From a phage: a stretch of DNA of 64,000 bases. A program made the position numbers and the translations under genes. Within the stretch, counting starts at the first letter, position 1, and every line of letters begins with the position of its first letter. The notes beneath the pieces were generated by a model. That model was not told the origin of the DNA. It saw only the letters and a program-made list of their open reading frames with translations, and did no database searches. The stretch lies in assembly GCA_023732985.1 (NCBI GenBank), contig GCA_023732985.1_3946.1; one strand, 5' to 3'. This document shows positions 1 to 13,270 of this stretch, piece after piece.

Positions 1-2
1 AA

Positions 3-2454
<2,452 letters not shown>

Positions 2455-2455
<1 letters not shown>

Positions 2456-3924
2456 TGGCAGGACTAACTACAACAGGATTACAAACTCTAAGATATCAGG
2501 AGATTTTTGATAATATCAAATCAAGACTTCTTAGAGATATTTCACCAAACCTTGACGTCTCTGAAGACAGTCAATTAGGTCTCTTCCTAGCTTCAATTGC
2601 AAGGTCTTTAGCAGATACACATGAGATTCTATCAGAAATCTATGACGGCGGGACAATTGACAAGGCTGAAGGATTTAACCTTGATGATATTACAGCTTTG
2701 AATGCTGTATACAGATATGTTGCTCAGGCAACAAGAGGTCAAGTAGAGTTTACTGGAACTACTGGTGCTACCATTCCTTCAACAACAAGATTAAGAAGTA
2801 CTGCCGGAAACATCTTTTATCCAGTTAATAACATTACCCTTACTCCATCATATTGTGTTGAAGCTACACTTGAAGTTAACTCTTTACGAACTGATGCAGA
2901 TTATGTTATTATTATTGATAACGTCATTTTCTCATATAAACCAACCTCATTAGACACAATCACTACGCTGCTAACAAAATTAGCAGAAGCTATTAATGGT
3001 GGTATTGTAGCAAAAGCAGAAGTCATTAATGATGGAGCCGCATTAAGAGTCTATAAAGACGAAGGTGATATCATTGCAAGAACAAACCCTATGGTTGTCA
3101 CTGCAACAACGTTTCTGACCTTTACAAAGATTACAACTATTTCAGATGTAGTAGCTGAAGAGGTTGGTGCTACCCCTGCTTTGGCTGGTACGCTTATTGA
3201 GATTGAGACAACTGTTGATGGTCTTGACAGTATTTATAACAGGTATGACTTAACAACTGGTAGAAACGAAGAAACTGACACAGAACTTAGACAGAGATAT
3301 TTAGAATCCTTAGCAGTTACTGGTGTAGGGACTTTGGATGCAATTGTGGCTGCTGTTAAAAGAGTTCAAGGTGTCTCAGATGCTTCAGGTGTTGAAAATG
3401 ATACTGAAGAGACAAACTCAGAAGGTATTCCACCAAAGTCTTTTAAGATTGTTGTAGTTGGTGGTCAAAATGATAATGTTGCTCAAGCAATCTGGGATAC
3501 AAAACCTGCTGGTATCAGGGCTTATGGCTCAATTTTTGGTACAGCCTATGATTTAGGTGGTCTGGCACATAATATCTATTTTAGCAGACCAACACCAAAA
3601 TACGCATTTGTTAAGGTGTCTTACTCATTATATGACGAAGAAAGTTTGACAATCCCTGAAGAAGATATCAGAGATAGTATTGTGCAAGGTATTAACGCCT
3701 ACGGAAGAACTCTTAAGGTTGGTAATGATGTTATCCCTAACAGAATTTATGGGTACATCTATGACGTAATCAAAGGTATTGAGATTAATGAGGTGAAAGT
3801 AGCATTATCAAACAGCCAATCAGTTCCACCTAGTGACGGACAATATACTACAGCAAGAATTACTGTTGAAGGTGACCAATATACTGTTTGGGAAAGTAGC
3901 CAGTATACCATCACTAAGGAGTAA
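2455..3924 (+). CDS. putative baseplate J-like protein
   Basis: 489 aa ORF following the gp25-like gene, translationally coupled (ATGGCA overlaps upstream stop). Confidence 0.45.
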
Positions 3925-3926
3925 TA

Positions 3927-4781
3927 ATGTTTGAAAAGATTGATAGTGTTTATTATAAAACACTTGATGAAAGGACTGTAACACAGTTTAAAGATAAATT
4001 TATCTATACAAGTATCTTGAAAGCAATCACTGATGAGCTACAAACACTAGAGGATGTTTGCTGGCAGATGCACACAGAGAGAAATATCAGGACGTCAGTA
4101 GGTCAACAACTTGATAATATTGGCTCACTGATTAAAGTTCCTAGACCTTTAGGTGCTGATGATGAAACATACAGAGCTATGCTTTATATCCAAATCTTCC
4201 TAAGACGTTCTGATACTACTCCAACATTCTTGCAAAAAGCAATTATGACATTGTATGGTGCAACTTTCTCTCAGATTTTTGAGCATATTACTCCTAAGAC
4301 TGGTGGTATCGTTATCCGTATTAATACTAGAAAAAGCGTTCTTGATGCTGCATATACACTGTCAAAGATTTCTGCAACAACCACTGGTTCCGCTGTTATC
4401 TTAAGAGATGTTACTTTAAATGGGACCGCTTGGACACCTGTAGAGGTTGCTGATTCATCACTTGCTATTGTTGATGATAAAGAGAACTGGTTTGTAACTG
4501 ATGCTAACAGAGGTCTGGTAACAAATAACACTGGTGGCTCTCTGGAGTCCAACCTAGTAGGGAGTCTTGCAGATGCTGGTGTTATTGATGGTTACTTTAA
4601 GGTTGACAGAACAGCAAACTCACAGAGCGATGATTATATGACTGTAGATAGGTCTAATAAGAGTGGTTATTTCATCGTTGGTAAAGAAGCTATTGCAGGT
4701 GGTGCATACGGAATCATGGCTGAGGTTGCACAAATTGTCAAAGGCAGAAAAGATAAATCACAACAAGAAGGAAATTCTTAA
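3927..4781 (+). CDS. putative baseplate wedge / tail fibre connector
   Basis: 284 aa ORF between J-like gene and tail fibres. Confidence 0.3.
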   Translation: MFEKIDSVYYKTLDERTVTQFKDKFIYTSILKAITDELQTLEDVCWQMHTERNIRTSVGQQLDNIGSLIKVPRPLGADDETYRAMLYIQIFLRRSDTTPTFLQKAIMTLYGATFSQIFEHITPKTGGIVIRINTRKSVLDAAYTLSKISATTTGSAVILRDVTLNGTAWTPVEVADSSLAIVDDKENWFVTDANRGLVTNNTGGSLESNLVGSLADAGVIDGYFKVDRTANSQSDDYMTVDRSNKSGYFIVGKEAIAGGAYGIMAEVAQIVKGRKDKSQQEGNS

Positions 4782-5083
4782 TGGCAGTTCTAAATTGGTC
4801 TACAAACGAAGTAGATACTGATGGTAATCAGTTAAAAGTTTTACCACCACCGGAAGTTCAAGAGACAGGTCTTTTAAAGGGTGAGCCTATGGGTAGGCAG
4901 TGGTTCAACTATATTATCAACTACCTGCTGAATAAAGTAAATGGCACTGTTGGTGAAGTTCGTTCATATGCAACTGAGCAACCAGATTTAGTGGCTAATG
5001 GCTGGAACCTCATTAAGTCTGAGACAGGGACTGCATCAACAAGTACAAGAAACCTTTACACATATGAATATGTAGGAGCTTAA
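4781..5083 (+). CDS. hypothetical tail protein
   Basis: 100 aa ORF, start overlaps upstream stop. Confidence 0.3.
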   Translation: MAVLNWSTNEVDTDGNQLKVLPPPEVQETGLLKGEPMGRQWFNYIINYLLNKVNGTVGEVRSYATEQPDLVANGWNLIKSETGTASTSTRNLYTYEYVGA

Positions 5084-5085
5084 TA

Positions 5086-6261
5086 ATGGCAGTAGGTGAA
5101 ATTCAAATTAGTGCCTTGCCACAAGCGGCCTTACCAATTGATTTGAGTGATATCTTCCACCTTAAGCAAGGTGTTGAGGATAAAAGATGTACGCTTGAGC
5201 AGTTGTTAGCACCTCACGCATCTCTGAGGAATAACCCTCATGGTGTAACTAAATCACAAGTAGGTCTTGATAATGTTATTAACTCTCTTCAATTAGTTGC
5301 AGCTAATAACTTGTCAGATGTTGTAAGTGTTGCTGAGGCAAGAGCAAATCTACAAATTATGTCGTCAGAGGAAGTGAATAACTTAATTCAGCAACATATT
5401 GACGACAAAAGTAACCCACACAATACAACGAAAGCACAGGTCGGTTTAAGTAATGTTCAGAACTGGACAACATCCAATCTGTACAATGAAGATGCTGATA
5501 AATATGCTACCGCGAAAGCAGTTAATAATTTATACAAAGCTATCCAAGCGTCATATCCAGTAGGGACTATTCACCTGTCTGTTAACTCTGCTAACCCATC
5601 CACTTACTTACTTTGTGGAGGTACTTGGGAGTTAGTTTCTAAAGGTAGAGCACTAGTTGGTTATGATACAGATTCTAGACCTGTTGGTTCAACGTTTGGT
5701 TCTCAGACTGTAGCATTAACAAATAATAATTTACCAGCACATACACACTCTATCTATTTAACAGGTGGTGGTCACACACACTCTGCAAGCGTATCTATCT
5801 CTAGTTTTGATTATGGTTCAAAAAGTACATCAACTTTTGATTACGGTACAAAAACGACTAATAGTGCTGGTGCTCATACTCACACGTTTAGTGGCACAAC
5901 AAGTAATGCTGGTAACCACAACCATAGAGTACCTATGAGGGGTAATGATAGAGGTGGTACAAATGCTATTACTGCATCTGCTGATGCTGGTGTTGGTAAT
6001 GCTATGTATACTGATTTAGCTGGTGCTCACACCCATAGCTTCTCAGGCACAACTGCATCATCTGGTGCTCATAGTCATACTGTTGCAATTGGTGCTCATA
6101 GTCACACTGTTAATATTGGTTCACACAGCCATACAGGTACTGTTACTGTTTCTAGCTCCGAGCATACACACTCAGGAACATCTGGTTCTGTTGGTGGTGG
6201 TCAAGCTTTCAGTGTTGAGCAGCCATCTTTTGTAGTGTATGTGTGGCAGAGAACAGCTTAA
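5086..6261 (+). CDS. tail fibre protein with His-x-His repeat tip
   Basis: C-terminal half carries many HTHS/HSHT/HNH motifs (e.g. GAHTHTFSGTT, GAHSHTVAIGAHSHTV) of the kind seen in phage receptor-binding fibre tips; C-terminus paralogous to the next gene. Confidence 0.6.
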   Translation: MAVGEIQISALPQAALPIDLSDIFHLKQGVEDKRCTLEQLLAPHASLRNNPHGVTKSQVGLDNVINSLQLVAANNLSDVVSVAEARANLQIMSSEEVNNLIQQHIDDKSNPHNTTKAQVGLSNVQNWTTSNLYNEDADKYATAKAVNNLYKAIQASYPVGTIHLSVNSANPSTYLLCGGTWELVSKGRALVGYDTDSRPVGSTFGSQTVALTNNNLPAHTHSIYLTGGGHTHSASVSISSFDYGSKSTSTFDYGTKTTNSAGAHTHTFSGTTSNAGNHNHRVPMRGNDRGGTNAITASADAGVGNAMYTDLAGAHTHSFSGTTASSGAHSHTVAIGAHSHTVNIGSHSHTGTVTVSSSEHTHSGTSGSVGGGQAFSVEQPSFVVYVWQRTA

Positions 6262-6271
6262 GTTCTTTACA

Positions 6272-6292
6272 GGGGCTTTATAGCCCCTTTTA
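6272..6292 (+). terminator. intrinsic terminator candidate
   Basis: GGGGCTTTATAGCCCC hairpin followed by TTTT, directly after tail fibre stop. Confidence 0.5.
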
Positions 6293-6307
6293 AGAGGAAA
6301 ATTCATA

Positions 6308-8857
6308 ATGGCAGATTACAAATTGAGTCAATTAAACTCAATCGACACAATTCGTTCAGAAGACCTATTGCACATCAGAGTTAAGAAAAGACCTGAAATG
6401 TTGGGTGATGAAGACCGTAGAATGACCTATCAAGACTTCTTAGCTTCCTTCAAACTAGAAAGGTTTGTTCAGATTGCTGGAAGCACTATGACTGGGGATT
6501 TAGGTATTGTCAAGTTACTTTACGGTGGAAAGTCTGTATTTGACCCTACAGGCTCTTCTGAGATTACTATTGGGGATATTTTAAAGACTTTTAAAATTAA
6601 CGCAAATGGTCTTAAACTAACTATTGCAGATGCTTCAAGGTCAGCAACTGTTTATCATACTCTGAATAAGCCAAGTCCTAATGAGCTTGGTATGAGAACT
6701 AATGAAGAGAATGATACAAGATACGCAAGACTTGCTATCACAAACACATTCTCTGGAACTCAAAATATTCAAGGTGATGCTAACTTACTTCGCCTTAGAA
6801 ACCAAAATGCAAATAATGCACAATATATCGAAGGTGTAAACCTAGATGGTTCGGCTAGATGGTGGGTTGGTATTGGTAGTAATGGCTCTGACGAAGTAAA
6901 GCTGTACAATAACAAATACAACTCAGCCTTGACTGTTGCAAGTAATGTCTCTGTTAATAAGTCTTTAGCAATCACTGGTCAAGTTCAACCTTCAGATTTC
7001 TCTAACTTAGATGCTAGATACTTCACTCAGACAGTTGCTAATCAGAGATTTGCACAGTTAGCTGGTAATAACACCTTTACAGGTGCTAACACATTTAGGA
7101 CTATGAGTGTTATCTCAAATGCTGCTGCTATCACACTGCAATGTGCATCAGCAAACGAATCCCTGTATCTACTTGCAAAAGATTATGAAGGTGGAAACTT
7201 ATGGTATCTTGGTAAAGGTAGTTCAGGTGCTGGTGTAACTATCTACAACTATACCACTAACACCTCTTTAGTCTTAGATGCTGCTGGAGTATCAGCAAAT
7301 AAAAATGTCAGAATCACTGGTCAAGTTCAACCTTCAGATTGGGCTAACATTGACTCTAGATATATTCCGGCAGCAACATTAAGTACAATTGCAAGAACTA
7401 ATGCACAAAATACTTTTAATGGTGTACAGAAAGTTGTTACGGATAATGAAGCCCTAATTGTGAAAAACTCTACTCAGAACAGACCATTGTATATCCGTGG
7501 TGTGGACACTGCTAATGTGTCAAGGTGGTGGGTAGGTGTTGGTGGGGCAGATACTAATGATGTAACCCTAAATAACAGTTTTTCTGGCACTCAGTTAGTT
7601 CTCGGGAATACAACATCATACATTAACAAAACATTGACTATTGCTGGACAAGTTCAACCTTCAGATTTCTCTAACTTAGATGCTAGATACTTTACGCAAA
7701 GTGCTAGTGATAGTAGATACCTAAGAATCAGAAGCACTAGCTTCAATGTGGGAAACACTGATAAGTGGGCTAAAATTGCCACTGTTGTGATGCCACAATC
7801 AGCATCCACTGCTGTTATTGAGGTATTTGGTGGGTCAGGTTTTAATATTAATACACCAAACCAAGCAGGTAAATGTGAAATTGTTCTGCGAACTTCAAAT
7901 AACAATCCAAAGGGCTTAAATGTTGTTGCTTGGAGAACATCAGAGAACACCATTGTCAGGGATATTGGTTATGTGAATACTTCTGGAGACACCTATGATA
8001 TTTACTATCTTGCTGGTACGTATCAAAACAGCACAACGACAAGGGTTCAGTCTTCTAGTAATGCAAGTGTACAGTTGTTTGAAGTCCCACAGACATTTGA
8101 TGATGCTCCACAAGGTATTGTGAAGGGTACAATTGCAAAATACTACACAAGTTTGCAAAAACCAACCCCTTCAGATATTGGTGCATACACTAAAGCAGAA
8201 ACTGACCAGAAGATTGCAGAAGCAATTAGTGACTCTACAGACCTGAATAAAATCTATCCAGTAGGTATTGTGACGTGGTTTAACAGTAATGTTAACCCTA
8301 ATACAGCACTTCCTGGTCTAACTTGGACGTACCTGAATAATGGTGTTGGTAGAACTATTAGAATTGCAGCAGCAAACGGTTCAGATGTTGCTACAACTGG
8401 TGGTTCAGACTCTGTAACGTTGTCTGTTGGTAACTTGCCTTCACACACGCACAGCTTCTCTGCTACTACTTCATCATTTGACTATGGTACTAAGACTTCT
8501 AGCACAACTGGTAACCACAACCACAACAGAGGTACTATGGAGATTACTGGTTCATTTGGTTACTTCAGAAGTGACGCTAGTAGCTTCTACACAGCAAGTG
8601 GTGCATTCCACCTCGGTAGTCAGGCAGGTTCTAAAGGGTATACTGGTAATAACTTTACTAATGGTATCCCTGTCAACTTCAACGCATCAAGAAACTGGTC
8701 TGGTGTAACGAATACAACAGGTAACCACAGCCACACTGTTGGTATTGGTGCTCACAGCCACACAGTTAGTGGTAACACTGGTGGTACTGGTTCTGGTTCA
8801 GCATTCAGTGTTACTAACCAGTTCTATAAGTTAATGGCTTGGGTAAGAACTGCTTAA
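6308..8857 (+). CDS. long tail fibre protein
   Basis: 849 aa; three internal copies of ITGQVQPSD(F/W)(S/A)N(L/I)D(A/S)RY; C-terminal HTHSFS...GNHNHN...GNHSHTVGIGAHSHTV tip similar to 5086..6261. Confidence 0.65.
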   Translation: MADYKLSQLNSIDTIRSEDLLHIRVKKRPEMLGDEDRRMTYQDFLASFKLERFVQIAGSTMTGDLGIVKLLYGGKSVFDPTGSSEITIGDILKTFKINANGLKLTIADASRSATVYHTLNKPSPNELGMRTNEENDTRYARLAITNTFSGTQNIQGDANLLRLRNQNANNAQYIEGVNLDGSARWWVGIGSNGSDEVKLYNNKYNSALTVASNVSVNKSLAITGQVQPSDFSNLDARYFTQTVANQRFAQLAGNNTFTGANTFRTMSVISNAAAITLQCASANESLYLLAKDYEGGNLWYLGKGSSGAGVTIYNYTTNTSLVLDAAGVSANKNVRITGQVQPSDWANIDSRYIPAATLSTIARTNAQNTFNGVQKVVTDNEALIVKNSTQNRPLYIRGVDTANVSRWWVGVGGADTNDVTLNNSFSGTQLVLGNTTSYINKTLTIAGQVQPSDFSNLDARYFTQSASDSRYLRIRSTSFNVGNTDKWAKIATVVMPQSASTAVIEVFGGSGFNINTPNQAGKCEIVLRTSNNNPKGLNVVAWRTSENTIVRDIGYVNTSGDTYDIYYLAGTYQNSTTTRVQSSSNASVQLFEVPQTFDDAPQGIVKGTIAKYYTSLQKPTPSDIGAYTKAETDQKIAEAISDSTDLNKIYPVGIVTWFNSNVNPNTALPGLTWTYLNNGVGRTIRIAAANGSDVATTGGSDSVTLSVGNLPSHTHSFSATTSSFDYGTKTSSTTGNHNHNRGTMEITGSFGYFRSDASSFYTASGAFHLGSQAGSKGYTGNNFTNGIPVNFNASRNWSGVTNTTGNHSHTVGIGAHSHTVSGNTGGTGSGSAFSVTNQFYKLMAWVRTA

Positions 8858-8864
8858 TCCCTTG

Positions 8865-8893
8865 TTGACTGATTGTTAAGATGGTGTTAATAT
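8865..8893 (+). promoter_or_regulatory. sigma70-like promoter candidate (TTGACT-17-TAATAT)
   Basis: -35 TTGACT at 8865-8870, 17 bp spacer, -10 TAATAT at 8888-8893, upstream of ORF 8937. Confidence 0.4.
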
Positions 8894-8936
8894 TCTTTAT
8901 AGGTATTCTCACCATCTTGGCTGATGAGGTGATTAA

Positions 8937-9131
8937 ATGCCTACAATCCTAGCAATTCTTCTAAAAAATCTAGGTAGCTTCTTCTGGAAACTCATTTTAT
9001 CCCTTCTAAGTGAATACATGATTGAGAAAGTGTTCTTTAAGCTTGCAAGATACCTTGCGAGTAAAACAGATACACCTATTGATGATGAGTTCGTAGATAA
9101 CTTAGAAAAAGCTTTTAAGGGGGAGAAATAA
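8937..9131 (+). CDS. hypothetical small hydrophobic protein
   Basis: 64 aa ORF with hydrophobic N-terminus downstream of promoter candidate. Confidence 0.3.
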   Translation: MPTILAILLKNLGSFFWKLILSLLSEYMIEKVFFKLARYLASKTDTPIDDEFVDNLEKAFKGEK

Positions 9132-9503
9132 ATGAAGTGGCTAGAGGAAGCTTTTAAAAATAATATTGGTGCAATTGTAGTTGGTATTTTTAGTGTTATT
9201 GGGATGTATACCACTATGCAAGTCTCAAGTGGTAAGCAGGAAGTGTCTGTCACAACAAAGTTACAGCAGCTAGATAATTATTCCAAAAGTAACTATTCAG
9301 CTATTCGTGATTTACAGTCTGACATGAGATTGATTCAGCTAGGGATGGAGAACCAGAAAGTTCAGTTAGAGAATGTTAAGGGTGAAAACGCAAAACTTAC
9401 CAAAACCCTTGATAAATTCTCTGACAGTGTGAACAATCTGGCTCAATCAGTATCAGCCTTGCAAGCTATTACTGAAAAGAACACAAAGAATACTGAAAAA
9501 TAA
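9132..9503 (+). CDS. hypothetical membrane-anchored coiled-coil protein
   Basis: N-terminal hydrophobic segment IGAIVVGIFSVIGMY followed by heptad-like polar sequence. Confidence 0.3.
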   Translation: MKWLEEAFKNNIGAIVVGIFSVIGMYTTMQVSSGKQEVSVTTKLQQLDNYSKSNYSAIRDLQSDMRLIQLGMENQKVQLENVKGENAKLTKTLDKFSDSVNNLAQSVSALQAITEKNTKNTEK

Positions 9504-9510
9504 AATTTAA

Positions 9511-9536
9511 GGCTCCCGTAAAAAGGAGCCTTTTTT
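9511..9536 (+). terminator. intrinsic terminator between convergent genes
   Basis: GGCTCC-CGTAAAAA-GGAGCC hairpin followed by TTTTTT; lies between plus-strand structural genes and minus-strand thyA. Confidence 0.55.
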
Positions 9537-9540
9537 GTTT

Positions 9541-10440
9541 TTACTTACCTACTGACAGAGGTGCTTCAATCTTTCCTGCATGTTGGTAGTTGTAAATGCC
9601 ACCAATAAAATCACTTGCAGTAAGGTGTTTTAGGTCACTTAGTGTGTTAAGTGGTACACCAATCTCAAAAGTAGGTGCATGGAACTCTTCATTGTTCATC
9701 AGTTCATAAACCTGCTTCATATGGTTCTGATAAATCTGGGTATCCCCAAAGACACCTATCAAGTACCGTGGAGTGTATCCAGTCATCTTACAAAGAACTT
9801 CTAAGATGAAACCATAAGACGCAATATTAAACGGAAGTCCTAAAAAGGTGTCTACTGAACGTTGATACCACTGTAAGTCAACTTCACCCTCATTAGTGAT
9901 ATAAATCTGAAACAGAACATGACAAGGTGCTAAAGCCATTGAGTTTGCTGCAATATCTGCTGCATTCCAAGCATTAACAAGCATGTAACGGTCTGTAATA
10001 TCACCCTTCATCTTCGTTACTAAGGTCTCTAACTGGTCTACAACACAACCATTATGACCTTCAAAGTTTCTCCACTGAACCCCATAGATTCTCCCACCTG
10101 CATCTTCTAACCAATCTTGTTCAGAAGAATAATTAGAACTTAACCAGCGTTTAAAATCATCTGACCAGATAGTCCAGCGTTCTCCGTCATTTTCATCCCA
10201 AGTACGGTAACGAAGTTCACCCAGCTTATTCTCACCATTCAGGAACCATAAAGCCTCCCCAATAACTTGCCGTGTAAACACCTGTTTAGATGTTAAGAGC
10301 GGGAAACCAGTCCTCATATCAAAACGAAACTGAGGTGGAGCAAAAGCAGAGATAACATCTCCAGTTCGTGTAGTACGCAGTTCACCAACGGATAAAACAT
10401 GGTTCAGGATATTTTTGTAACTTGTATCTGCTTGTGACAT
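9541..10440 (-). CDS. thyA: thymidylate synthase
   Basis: Conserved TS motifs in translation: DRTGTG-like RTTRTGD, active-site LAPCHVLFQ, RSVDTFLGLPFNIASY. Confidence 0.9.
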   Translation of the reverse strand: MSQADTSYKNILNHVLSVGELRTTRTGDVISAFAPPQFRFDMRTGFPLLTSKQVFTRQVIGEALWFLNGENKLGELRYRTWDENDGERWTIWSDDFKRWLSSNYSSEQDWLEDAGGRIYGVQWRNFEGHNGCVVDQLETLVTKMKGDITDRYMLVNAWNAADIAANSMALAPCHVLFQIYITNEGEVDLQWYQRSVDTFLGLPFNIASYGFILEVLCKMTGYTPRYLIGVFGDTQIYQNHMKQVYELMNNEEFHAPTFEIGVPLNTLSDLKHLTASDFIGGIYNYQHAGKIEAPLSVGK

Positions 10441-10441
10441 A

Positions 10442-10987
10442 TCAAAAGTGTCCTTTTACTTGTGGAACATAAATTTCAAAAGTTGCTTTACCATCCTCTG
10501 ATGGTTTTGACTGTACCTTTGTAAACACACGGTTATCATACAGCTTCTCAAAGAAGTTTTCAAAAGGTAAATGCACAGTTGCCTCTTCAGTAACTTTATG
10601 GAAAACAGTATGGAACACCACACTAGCATACGGTAAAGCATTGACAAGGATACCTGCACCACCAATTACAAAGACATCTTCATCAATAGAGTTATCAAGA
10701 TACTTCAAAAATGCTCCAAATGACTCTTTACTGGCTTTAGCATACATTACATCATCTTTGCCAAAGTCTATACCTAAGTATGGTACAGAATTTGTTAAGA
10801 TGAGGTTTGCACGTTCTGGTAAAGGTTTACTACCCAGAGTCTTAAAAGTCTCATTCCCCATCACTACTAAGTTGTTTTTAGTGAGTCTCTTAAACTCTTG
10901 CATATCTTGCTTATGTCGAGGCCACGGCATACCAGTCGGTGTACCAAATTCACCGTTTTCACCACTTGCAAAGATTAATTTAATCAT
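10442..10987 (-). CDS. folA: dihydrofolate reductase
   Basis: N-terminal IKLIFA...GMPW and VVMGNETFKTL motifs typical of DHFR; adjacent to thyA. Confidence 0.8.
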   Translation of the reverse strand: MIKLIFASGENGEFGTPTGMPWPRHKQDMQEFKRLTKNNLVVMGNETFKTLGSKPLPERANLILTNSVPYLGIDFGKDDVMYAKASKESFGAFLKYLDNSIDEDVFVIGGAGILVNALPYASVVFHTVFHKVTEEATVHLPFENFFEKLYDNRVFTKVQSKPSEDGKATFEIYVPQVKGHF

Positions 10988-11244
10988 TTTGTAAATCCTT
11001 TCTTAATGAACCAGTTGATGACATTCTTCACAACTTTATTACTGTGATAGATTAAGTGTGGTGTAGGTTGGTATGAACCATAGGCCCAGAATGATAGATG
11101 CTCACCACAACCAACACATGTCGTACTCTCTTCAGCTATATGACCATTAACAATCACATGAACTTCACCTTGCAAGTCTGTACATCCACAATGTGGGCAT
11201 CGGATAGGTGTTCCATCAGACTCATAGCAGTGTTCAATTTTCAT
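10984..11244 (-). CDS. hypothetical zinc-ribbon protein
   Basis: CPHCGC ... CVGCGEH cysteine pairs. Confidence 0.4.
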   Translation of the reverse strand: MKIEHCYESDGTPIRCPHCGCTDLQGEVHVIVNGHIAEESTTCVGCGEHLSFWAYGSYQPTPHLIYHSNKVVKNVINWFIKKGFTK

Positions 11245-11760
11245 TTATTTAACCTCAAAAACTGGTTCAAGAACCAATATAAAATCTACACAGTCGTCTT
11301 CTTCATCCAGAATACCATCAAAGTTCTTAGGAACGAAGTCGAAGAGGCTCATTACAAAACAGTCAGAAGTAACCCTGATAGTTCCTCCAATGTTCTCTAC
11401 AGTTAACACTGTACGACTTTCTTTTACCTCCCTCAGAAGATTACTCACAAAGTCATCTAAGAAGTACTTCATTAGTGACTTAAAACCTTTAGGATAGTCT
11501 GTACCAGAGTATGTTTCAATCTGAGGTACAAGCTTAACATTTATACTAGTCTTTGTTAAGAATGCGCTAGAGAACATGCTATCAGGTAACTTACAAACAA
11601 TCTTTCCAGTGCCTTCATGCTCAATCTCAACAAAACCAGCTTCATCGCCACATGTAACTATTTTAAAAGATGCTTCATTCTCATACTGTGAAGCCATAAA
11701 CTTTTTAAGCATCTCTTTAAGGAAATCTGCATGAGCATCTTGTAAGAAGATATCAATCAT
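11245..11760 (-). CDS. hypothetical protein
   Basis: 171 aa ORF in co-directional operon. Confidence 0.4.
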   Translation of the reverse strand: MIDIFLQDAHADFLKEMLKKFMASQYENEASFKIVTCGDEAGFVEIEHEGTGKIVCKLPDSMFSSAFLTKTSINVKLVPQIETYSGTDYPKGFKSLMKYFLDDFVSNLLREVKESRTVLTVENIGGTIRVTSDCFVMSLFDFVPKNFDGILDEEDDCVDFILVLEPVFEVK

Positions 11761-11773
11761 AGTTAATCACCTA

Positions 11774-12133
11774 TTATGGGAACAAGCACTTAATGTCATC
11801 GTTTTTGAAAACAAAACTTGTGTAGTTATGACCATCAACATCCAGCCAAACAGCCTGAACATCTACACCATCAAGATTTTGGTAAAGCTCTTTGATGAAG
11901 TGGTCTTTTACAATCTGACTGCTAGTTGTTTCCAACTTAATGTTCGAGATTGCTGAACCTACAGCCATATAGCCCATGACACGTTTCTTCTCAGTATGCT
12001 TAATCTTACCATCTTTGTAAGCCATAATGAGATTGGAAAGAATCTTTACACCATAATACTTTTCAAGGTGAGTAGGTACACCATAAAAGCCTAATGCGAA
12101 GTTTTCAGAGTGGATAATGTTTTCACGTTTCAT
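11774..12133 (-). CDS. hypothetical protein
   Basis: 119 aa ORF. Confidence 0.4.
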   Translation of the reverse strand: MKRENIIHSENFALGFYGVPTHLEKYYGVKILSNLIMAYKDGKIKHTEKKRVMGYMAVGSAISNIKLETTSSQIVKDHFIKELYQNLDGVDVQAVWLDVDGHNYTSFVFKNDDIKCLFP

Positions 12134-12134
12134 A

Positions 12135-12464
12135 TTAGTCTGCCAACCTTAAATTGAAATTAACACCAAATTTTTCACATACTTCCAACATATACTCAAG
12201 GGAAACATTACCAGTGAGGTGGATTATGTTGGATACACGAGCCTGAGAGATACCACAAATTTTAGCAACTTGCTCTTGAGAAAGACCTCTGGATTTAATC
12301 TCTCTCTTAAAACGATGTGCAACGAAGTCTCTCATTTCGTCTACATCCATTGGACAAATATAACTCTCCATTTCAGCCTCTCTATCAGCCTCCCAATCAT
12401 CTTGTGGGGCATAAGGGTCAAAAACCTCATTCATCTTTCTTCTTCCGTTTGCGTGAAGTGTCAA
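12135..12464 (-). CDS. putative helix-turn-helix DNA-binding protein
   Basis: C-terminal LSQEQVAKICGISQARVSNI resembles XRE-type HTH. Confidence 0.5.
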   Translation of the reverse strand: MTLHANGRRKMNEVFDPYAPQDDWEADREAEMESYICPMDVDEMRDFVAHRFKREIKSRGLSQEQVAKICGISQARVSNIIHLTGNVSLEYMLEVCEKFGVNFNLRLAD

Positions 12465-12639
12465 TCAATGAATCTATGTTTGTAGCCCTAACCTTTTCAC
12501 GTTCATCGTTAAGATAATCATCAAGAGCCTTTTCAATCTGTGAATCATCTTGACAGATAACTGTAAAGACTGTAAAGCCGTCTGTATCATCAATTATCTT
12601 ACCATAACCGCTTCTGGGATGTAACTTTTTAAGAGCCAT
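12427..12639 (-). CDS. hypothetical protein
   Basis: 70 aa ORF, overlaps next gene by 38 nt. Confidence 0.3.
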   Translation of the reverse strand: MALKKLHPRSGYGKIIDDTDGFTVFTVICQDDSQIEKALDDYLNDEREKVRATNIDSLIDTSRKRKKKDE

Positions 12640-12640
12640 A

Positions 12641-13024
12641 TCAAATACCTGTGCAGCTTCTGTTTTCTAAGAAATACTCAACACCATACATAGCTTTTTG
12701 CATCAAATCTTCTTTAAACTGAATACGATGATTGAGCATAGCCTGTACATCAATATCATCATGGTGTTTCTCTTTAATATTTGCAGATTGCAGGAAATAC
12801 TCTGCAAGAACGCGATACTGATAGTCAGTTACCTTATCAGTCATCTCTGTTAAAGATTCTTCAGAGATTGGTTTAAGTAGCTCACCTTTGGATAAAGCAA
12901 TACCTTTTACAATCTGGCAAGTGTCTTCTGGAACACCTGACAAGTCCACATTTGGGAGTTCTGTTGCATTGACTGGTAAATTCATTGCCATAACCATTGC
13001 AGCAGCTAATAAAATCTTTTTCAT
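12641..13024 (-). CDS. hypothetical secreted protein
   Basis: N-terminal signal-peptide-like MKKILLAAAMVMAMNLPVNA. Confidence 0.45.
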   Translation of the reverse strand: MKKILLAAAMVMAMNLPVNATELPNVDLSGVPEDTCQIVKGIALSKGELLKPISEESLTEMTDKVTDYQYRVLAEYFLQSANIKEKHHDDIDVQAMLNHRIQFKEDLMQKAMYGVEYFLENRSCTGI

Positions 13025-13244
13025 AATGACCTCAAAGTTATATTAAATTTTGTATTACATTGAGTATAAAAATAAGCTATAACACCTGACTTGTCAACAG
13101 ACTTTATAGCTTATTTGGCAGATTTTTTATAAGGCTACTGCCATCCTTCCATACCCTACCTTACCACACCTAACCATACCTAACCAAACTACACCATACA
13201 ATACCTTGTTAAAAGACCCTATTTAAAGACCTTTTAAAAAGGTA

Positions 13245-13270
13245 AGTCTCATTTTAATGTAGCTGAGACT
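13245..13270. other. hairpin with conserved loop TTTTAATGTAGC, stem AGTCTCA/TGAGACT
   Basis: Identical copy at 14785-14810; variant at 13373-13396 has a different stem (ATCGGA/TCCGAT) and a near-identical loop (1 nt change), i.e. compensatory stem changes. Confidence 0.6.

Noticed and set aside
13141-13200. Telomere-like CCTAACC / GGTTAGG units in the ACC-rich tracts
   Set aside because: The units are degenerate and irregular; most likely low-complexity composition, not true telomeric repeats.
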